64,000 nt of DNA from a virus. Position numbers and translations under genes: made by a program. Below the pieces are notes generated by a model. The model was not told the origin of the DNA. It was given only the letters and a program-made list of their open reading frames with translations, and did not search any database. Position 1 is the first letter of the stretch, and the number at the start of each line of letters is the position of its first letter. The DNA is taken from the IMG/VR virus record IMGVR_UViG_3300032579_000010, positions 1 to 64,000 of that record; one strand, written 5' to 3'. Positions 17,839 to 26,800 of the stretch are shown here, one piece after another.

Positions 17839-20800
17839 TACGAAGTGACCTCTACGGAGTATTGAGGCTGGACGCTGTTGATACGGCTTGTCCGCCAAGT
17901 GTTGCCGTCAAACATTTGGAACTTGCCGATTGAAGGGTTAAACGCAATGTCGCCGGGCGCAGGATTGCTTGGCGTTTCGCTGTATGAAACGATTTCACCA
18001 AGTGAGTGAGCGTACTTTGTGGGGCTAAACAGACCAAGAACCCAGTTGCTACCGCTTTGTACTGGTGCGGTTGTGGGGTAAATGGTTTCTTGGGTTGCAC
18101 CTGAGCCAACCGATAGTCCGTAAGGTTTCACAAAAGAAACATTACCTAAGGAAAACGTAGTTGCTGTTGTTGTCGTGTCGAGGGCGTTTGAGGAAAGAAC
18201 AAGTCCACTAACACCGTAAAGGATAAATGTCTGTCCGTTAACGATTGGGAGAAGCGCAGGAGCGTTAGCAAGGAGCGTGGTGCCGTTAATGTCGACTACT
18301 TGTGTCTCGTAAGGGAACGCCGAGATAAAAAGTGTGCTTCCGCTGGTGGAAAATATTGCTTGCTTAGAAAGCGTCAAAGTTGTTCCGACGACATTCTCTA
18401 CTGTTGTGCCAGCAATGATTCCGCTACCCCAAACTTGCATACCCTGAGTTATACCTACCGCCGTAGGAACAACTACCGTCGAGGAAGATGCGGTCAGGCT
18501 TACAGTTGGCATTGCCGAGATAATGTACTGACCAATCCAAGCCGTCGCAGGTGGTGTGGCAATCGTAAGGCTTTGCGAGCCAGCGGCGCTAGATGCCGTG
18601 GTGGAAACTGTTGCTTGTTCGTTGCACACAAAGTCCGTAATGATAGGAGTGCCAGAGAAAAGACTGCCGTTACCGCAGTTGATTGCGTAGCCAGTTGCGT
18701 CGGTGATGTTCAGCAACATAGCGTTGTTCCACGTCAGCCAGTCTGCTGACGAAGCAAAGGAAACGATAGGGCTTCCTTCTTGTACGTTGCCGTTAATGGT
18801 GACCGATACTGCATTGTCGTCAAAGGCGTAAAGGGGCGTAAAGGGCTTGACTGGGATAAAGGTTGAGTGGGTGTCGGTGTGGTTCGCAACCGTGAGGGCT
18901 TGGCTTACGCCGTTTTCACTAACCATAATCACATCGCCAGCCGAAAGGTTTTCGTTCAGACCGACGACACAAACAGTGTTTACTGAGGTGAATACGCCGT
19001 TTGAGCCTTGCGACGCTGGGAAGTTGTAGTGCGCCGAGGTTGGTTGAACAGGAACATTAACGTCGCCGGGCATACAAATGGTCACAACGTCAGTGACAAC
19101 GGTTGAGCCACTGGTGGTGTTTCCTTGAAAGAAAATGCCCTGCGTAAAGTCAGTAATCGTTTGATTCCCCGAAGCAGTGGCGCTTGCGCTCATAACAATC
19201 GAACCCGTCAGCGCATTGACCGAGGCAATCGTGGTACCGAGTGGGATACCGTTGCCCGAAATAGCGTCACTCGCATTGAGGTTGCCCGTAGAGGATACAA
19301 CAAAGTTCTGCTGGTTTCCACCATACATAAGCGTCACGATTGAGCCAGACGGAATAATAGAAGGCAGTGGGGTTGTGTAGAGGTTGCTGACGTACTGACC
19401 AGCAAAAATGTCGCCACTGCCGAACGTTACGGGTGTGGCGGTTGTCGTAGCCGTGGAATAAACAGGATTATTGGTGCTGTCAACGATTGTCACCATACTG
19501 TTGATGCCGTCAACCGCTCCAATGAAGTTTCCACCAATGGTGCTCGGCAAAGCGTAACCAGAGATTGCTTGACCGACAGCGAGAAGCGTGGTCTTTGGTA
19601 CCTTGATGACATTGCTACCAGCGGTGGTCGAGCAGTTGTAAATGATTCCACCAAGGTAGAAGTTTGGAACATCAATCTTGGCGTATGACGTGTTGGTGTC
19701 AAATGAGGCAAGTTGGATTGCCGTCATGTCTGGGTAGGTGTCGTCCGTCGGGCTGGCAAGAATCAGCACGTTGTTACCTGACGAGTCAACCGAGGTTGAG
19801 GAAACAATCACGTTGTCGTCGCACAGTTTGATGGCGAATGGTGCGCTCGTAGGCAAAATGCCTGTCTTGACGTAGGGGATAGTGGTTGTACCTAACAAAA
19901 TGTTGCCCATTACACGACCAAGTTCAGGTGGCAAAATCGAGTTGAACTGGTAAATGGTTGGGAACATGGTCGGGAAACCAGCAGGGCTAGCCACTGCGAT
20001 TTCACTACTGTTGCTCTCAACGCTCGAAGCAACGGATGTATTGACCGTGGGCGAACCGGCTGAGCCGGGGGCGTACCAAGGCAGAGTCATTCCTACTTCA
20101 GCACTGGCGTTTACGGTGTCCGCACCAGTGGCGTTCGAGGCAACAATGGCTGGGTCGTTGATACCCGTGTGGGCACTACCGAGGATTGGGGCACCCTTGG
20201 CGTGTGAGTTGACAAAACCGTTGCCGATAGAGAACTTCACTACTTGGAGTGCTGAAGGTTCGCTGAGGTTGAGGATGACGTTGCCGGGTTGGAAGGCAAC
20301 CGCCTCAATGGTTGAACCTGCAACAATGCCGTTTGCCGTTATTGGGCTTAGCGTCGCACCAACAGGGAAAGCGTCTGAAGCCGTAATGTTGGTCGGCACA
20401 TTGACTGCGTTGTGGTTTAGCACAACCGCAGGGTAGGAAATCAAGGACGTAGCAACGTTTGTGATTGAGAAAGAAGCAGTAGAACTTGGCGTTCCACCAG
20501 TCCAAGAGGCTACCGTCAGGACAGTTGCGGTGTTCGAGACGATAACTGCGGTGCTACTTCCTGCGTTAATAAATGAGCCAGCCCACTGGTTTGTCGTCCA
20601 AGTAGCCGAGGAATCTGTCAGCGTCGTTGTTGAACTTGCCGTGGCAGTGCCTGAGAAGCCGACATTTGTGGTGAAGTTGCTAAGAGTTACAACTTGACCG
20701 TTGATGTTCGTAATATAGACACCAGAAGGCATACCCGTTCCGCTAAGTGAAGAGTTGACATACCAGTCAACTGGGTCGCCAATCAAAAGCGTGGTGGAAG

Positions 20801-23800
20801 ATGAAGTTGCACCGGGCCAGTTGCTTGACAAAGTGAAGTGTGTTGAGTCAGTAATCGAGGCGATTGTCAAAACGTTGTTTGTCGCCGCTGGGGTGAAGGT
20901 GAAAGTAATGCCCGTTCCAGTTCCGCTAGGGATTTGGTTCAGCGTGACCGTTGGTGTTCCCTGTTGGCTAAAGACGTTTGTAACGACGGTTCCAGCAGGA
21001 ATATTGGTTCCTGTGACCACCATTCCAATGGCAATCGCACCGCCCGTGATGTTTGTCAAGGTGTTCAAAGAGGCGTTTGGCGTTCCGTTGTGGGTACTGA
21101 TGTTTCCAGTAGCGGTAACTGTTCCAAGTAGCGCCGAACTAGTGACGGGCATACCTACCGAAAGGTTGGCTGTGGTATTCGACCCCGTACCGCTCAATGT
21201 CACGGTTGTGGAGCCGTTGGTGACTGACGAGCCAGACATAGCGAACTCGCCAGCAGAGATAGCAAGAGCACCGGGCGTGACAATGGCTGGGTTGCTTTGT
21301 CCACCGTGTGCGTTTTCAGTACCACTGGTCAGTGGGATAACGCTTGAGCCGTTCCAACTTTGTGCGACCTGAACGTACTCGCTCAGAAGTCCGTCGCTGA
21401 TGTAAAGGTTGTCACCAATAGAGATTCCAGCAGGGCTAACGACAGAAATCGAAGTAGCGCCAGCGGTAGTGACTTGCGCCAGTACCGTCGGTACGCTCAG
21501 AGAACCAAGTGCGCCCCACGCTTCTGAAGTTGTGAAGATGCCTGCGGTGAGGTTTGGAACGCAAACGGGTTCGCCAGCACTGTGGGAGTAGGTGAAGGTC
21601 TGGTTAGGAGCAAGAGTCCACTTCACGGGAACGGCTGGGTAATAGTTGGGCTTAATACTGGTTGCGCCGTCCACACGCTGAGAAACGCCAGAGAGAAGTA
21701 CGGCTTCTTGTGTGTCGCCACTACCAATAATGACGATTCCACCACTGACTGACAAATCGAGGTTTGCTACGGTCTGCCAAATGTTTCCGCTACTGTCGGT
21801 AACCGTCGAACTTGTTGGAGGCGGATTCACCACAATGGAGTCAGACGTACCAGCAATAACTGGCGTGTTGAGGGTTGTGCCGTACAAAGAGCCGACAACG
21901 GTGGGCGTAACTGATTCAAGGTCGCCTACGTTGGTCGAGCCGAAGTAGCGGTCACCAGACTGGTAACTCGCTACGACTGTGTTGGCGGAGTGGTTGTACA
22001 AGAACGGGTTTGAGCGTGTGATTACACCACTGCCCGAAGTAGTGCCAGCAGTAACATCAACCGCCGACTCGGTGCCAATCGAACCTTCCCAGACATACAC
22101 GCCTGACAATGGGAAGTTGCTGTTTCCACCAACGTAGCCACCGACGGGCTTCTGTAGGGTATTGGTCGCAGTGTTGATAACAACGGTTTCGCCGTCAATG
22201 TCCGAAGGAGAAACCATAAAAATGGTGTTCTGATAAACAAACTGGTTGATTCCCTTGTCCACCAAAAGAGCCATTTTGCTGGTGCTGTCCATTGTGATTT
22301 CTGGTGTTACTTGGCTAGCGAAGGTTTCGGGGATTGCCGAACTTCCGCCAGTGACGCACATACCGTTGCTGACCGTTTGGGTAACGGGCGAACTAAGGGT
22401 CAGGGTGATTGGAACCGACGTGCCGTTGACCGCCACAATGGTGGTGTTGTTGGGGATGCCCGGTCCGACAATGGAGTTATTCGCTACAAATCCGCTAGCA
22501 CTGCTTGAGTCTGAAGGCAAACTATTAGCGGTAATCGTTGCTGAACCTGCGGAGTAACTAGCCGAGAACGAGCCGATTGGGGTTTCACCACCAAGAGCAG
22601 TGTTAGACAAGTAAATGACGTTGTTTACGGTGTCAATGTTGCTGGCGAACGTGTTGAATGTCACAGTGGTGGGCCATAATGAGCCGGGTGAACCCTGAGG
22701 AACAACTACTGGGTTTGTAATGTTGATACCGAAGTTCTGTGACGTTGCCGTCATAGTCAGCGGAACACCATTGAACGAAAGTGTGTCGTTTTGCAAACGA
22801 AGTGTCGTTGATTTCGACAAGGTGATAGTTGTACCCGAAACTGCCGATACAAACGTGCCCGAAAGTACGCCAAGACCAGAAACAGCCATTCCAGTAATAA
22901 TGGACAGGTCGCCGTTGGAATCTACCGCTGGGTTGCTAGCGACGGTAATGGACGTGCCTTGTGAGGTTTGGTTGGCAACCGTGGTGAAAGACTGAGGCGT
23001 TGGCAACTGACCGCTACTGCTCAAGGTAATGAGCGAAGGCTCTACACCCGACGTGTAGGTTGACTCACTGGTTCCACCAGTCACGGATGCGACCACGGCG
23101 GCTGGCGATAGAGGCAAGTAACTACTTGAGTCTGTGACAATCCAACCCGACGAAGGAATGGTGAAGCCCGGACTTACTGGGCTAACAGTGAGGTTAGTTA
23201 GGTTGTGGGTCGCCGCTGAACCTGCTACTGCGTATGAACCCGTGTAGACATACGGCTCAAAGGTGTAGCCACCATTGACGGTTTCACCAAGTGCGTCAAC
23301 AGGGGTTACGTTTTGTGCGAGGTTGTCAAAGAAACCCGGCAAGAAGATGCTTTCACTAGCGTTGATTGGGTTAGTACCGACTGTTGTAGAACCTGACAAA
23401 ATCATTCCGTGAACAAACTGACCGTTACTTAGTTTGAGCCAAGTACCGTAATCACCAGTAATAAATCCTGCACTTCGTGTGCCATCTACTTCCGTGGTGC
23501 TTGCCTTGGCGATGGCGTTTAAGTACACACCACTTTCAGCAGGCAAGCCGTTTATTTCAAATCCTGAATAAGGTGCCAGAACGCCAACAACCTTTGAGCC
23601 GTTCAGCCCCCAGGCGTTGCCGTCGTCTTGGAACGTTACGCCTTGCCACTCTTGTGAACCCTGAGGTGGCAAAAGGATTGAAGCGCCGGGTGCGTGGTAG
23701 TTGAGCAACGGCGTGGTGAAAGTCACATAACACAACTGAATCGCTGGCGAAGGCTGGATAAAAGTAAAGTCCACGCCTGTCGAACTTGCCGTTGCCAACT

Positions 23801-26800
23801 GCGAAAGAGTAACCGTCGTTCCCGAAATGCTGGTGATAGTCGTACCAGAAGGAATGTTGGTGCCAGTAACCGTGTAGCCCACATACACCTTGGTGACTGA
23901 AGCAACAGGCAGGTAGCCCGAACTTCCAGTCGGAGGTGTGGTGAGGGTAATGGTCTTACCGCTGACGTTACCGTGAACGGTAACCTCGTTGGGGTGGAAG
24001 TCACTGACAACGCTTTGTACCGTAACTGATTCGACACCGTTATTCTGAGTCAGCGTCACTGAAGGGTTTTCAGTACTGTCAATCCACGTCGGTGGCGTTG
24101 TACTGCTTCCCTGAATGGTCAGAACGTCGCCGGGCTGGATAAGGGGTCGTCCGTTAATGACGTTGGTGTTTAGCCAGATGCTTTGGTCGCCGGGGCGAGT
24201 AATGCCGTTTGTACCGCCAGCACTAATCTGAAAGCCCGAAGCGTGGTGAAAAACGGGGTAGCCAACATACACGGTTGGGTTGATTGTGTAGGAGGAACCG
24301 CTGAACGAGAAGGACGCTACCGACTTGCTGGTGGACAAGCCTGTAGCCAAAGTCACGCTGAAGGTTGAGCCAGAGGCGCTAAACGAGGAAACCTTGTAAA
24401 CTTCAGGCGTGTTAGGTGCGAGCGTCGTGGGGTTGTAGTCAACAATCACCACATACAAGTCCTCGCCCGATGCTGGGCTAAAGAAGGAAGTGCTTGAACC
24501 GACGTTAAACGTTGTCGTGCCAGAGTTCCACGTTGTCTGACCAGCAGTAGATGGTTGCATTGTCGTGACGTTGCTTTCGCAGACAATAACGTCGCCACCA
24601 GAAGCGCCAGAGAAGATTTCACCAACAACAAAGGTTTCGGCAGAAGAACCAGAACCGACAGTGATGTGCTGACCTACTGAGTAGTAACCGCCAGTTCCTG
24701 CCGTGATTTGGAAAACGTTTGGAAGGGCGAATGGTGTTCCTGTGCCAACAATGTCGTAGAGGCTTTGACCGTCAGGACCGTAGCCATTAGGTAGTGAGAA
24801 CGTCGCCGTTGAACCACTCGCCGTTACGCCAGAGTTGAAAACCCACGGCTTATTCGAGAAATAGCCTGCTGATGAAGTTAGGGATGCGGAAACAGAGTAG
24901 GTCGGCGCTAGGTACGTCTGATTTGAATACTCGATAGCAAGGTTGCCGTAAGTATCTATCTGAGTTCCTGTGTATCCGCCACCAATGGTGACACCAATGC
25001 CAGCATCGCCAACGGCAATAGCGCCTTGAGAGGCGAATGGACTTGACGCTAACTGCGTAACACCGATTTCACCACTAGGAGTAAGGCTTACGTTGCTAAC
25101 AGGCGAGAGTTTGTAGTCCCAGAAAATAACGGGCGCACCAACAATGGAGGTTGAGCCAATGTACGAACTGGTAATCAGCGCAGAGCCGTTAATACCGCCG
25201 TCGATTGGGTAGTTAACAGCGTCCCACTGAGGGTTGTACAACGTAACGGCATAACCGTTTTGAGCACCTTGACCAGTTGAGTAGGACGCAGTAATGCTTT
25301 CGGCAATGTAGCGAGTAACGATAGTAAGTGTGGTGTTGGCAACAGTACCTGTCGCCGCTTGGCTTAAGGTAATAGTCGCACCAGCGCCGTTACCGCTCTT
25401 AGCCGTGACATAAGCGCCAGCACTTACTAGTCCGCCACCACCAGTTGAGTTGGTAACTGCTGATAAACCATTTGCGCTACTTTGAGGTACTACCTCACTA
25501 ACGCTTCCCGAAACGATGTTGGCAACCTTGCTACCCTTGGTGAGGTTTACTACAACGTTTTGAGTGTCGGGAACGGTTGATGCCGTGTCCATTTGGATGT
25601 TGTAAACACCATTGGTAGGACCAGTAATGCTGAGAATCTTTGCACCAGAGCCAATGCCGTTACCAGAAAGAGACGCACCAACGTATGACTGACTTAGCGC
25701 CGTTGAGGTCAAAAGTGTGTAGTTGTCGCTCGTTGCGCCATTGGATGTCGAGTAGACGTTGGCAGTGAAGGTTGAAGTTGTAGTTTGACCCGGTGCGTAT
25801 GTCGGCGTAACCGCCGTGACGATTGCTGTTCCGCCGGGCAAAATCTCACCGCTATAAGTGGCTTGTAAACCACTGCGACTTGTGACACCAGAGATGTAGT
25901 CGCTAACAATGTCACCGACAGAAGGAACAATACCTGAACTGCTACCGAGTCCCATATTCACAACGCTGGTACCAGTTATGTCTAAGTTGGTGTTGGTGAT
26001 TGCGGCGAACCAAGAATGTGCGGCTGTATTTGGCAACATAGGGGCAGTGTTAGCAATAAGCGTCGAGCCACTAACAAAAAGAACCGCTTGAGGAACGTTG
26101 GCGGGCCAGTATGTTCCCGTTGGGTCACTAAACGATTGGCTCGTTGTAATCGAACCGCTGATAATAGTAAGAAGTGGGCTACCGGGTGTAAGCGTTACAA
26201 CGAGTGCAGGTGCAGTTGAGGAAACGCCGTCAGGGGCAACGGTAAGAGAAATGACCGAGGGTATGATTTCACTAGTGGTCGAGATTGCTGGCGAGTTGCC
26301 CACACCAGTCTGCGTCCCCCAGTAGCCAGTGTCAGTGAACTGAACACTCGTGCTTGACAGTGCCGCCGTCAAAGGCTGGTTGAGGGTAATCGTTGTTCCG
26401 CTTACGTTGGTGACGTAGTAGTAGTTAGAGGCACCAAAAGCCGACTCGTTGCTTGTTCCCTGTACAAACATACCCACTTGGATTCCAGTAGCACTGGCTA
26501 CGGTCATCGTCTTTGAGCCGTTTGTTCCCGTAGCGGTAGTGGTGATTTGCCACGTTCCCGAAGGCGCAGGGTTGATTGAGTTGAAAACGCTTCCGTGCAG
26601 GAATGGCTCTTGATTGTAAGTTGCACGGACGTATCCGTAACTAGAGCCACTGCTGATTACGTCAGGCTCAGCGCCGAGAAGCGTTACTGGCGACGAAGCA
26701 CCAAACTGACCTGTGTAGTTGGTGGTTGACAGAATCGGGTTGCCTGAAGCGTCCACCATCGAGATAGTCCCACCAACACCCGAACCCGAAAGGGTAACCG

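Noticed and set aside
17839-17898. Track start of the 1670-aa ORF at 17898
   Set aside because: It overlaps the upstream gene by 60 nt. TAATG coupling at 17838 is more plausible.
19954-22995. Long + strand ORFs antisense to the giant tail protein
   Set aside because: Shadow ORFs from biased codon usage with no recognisable motifs.
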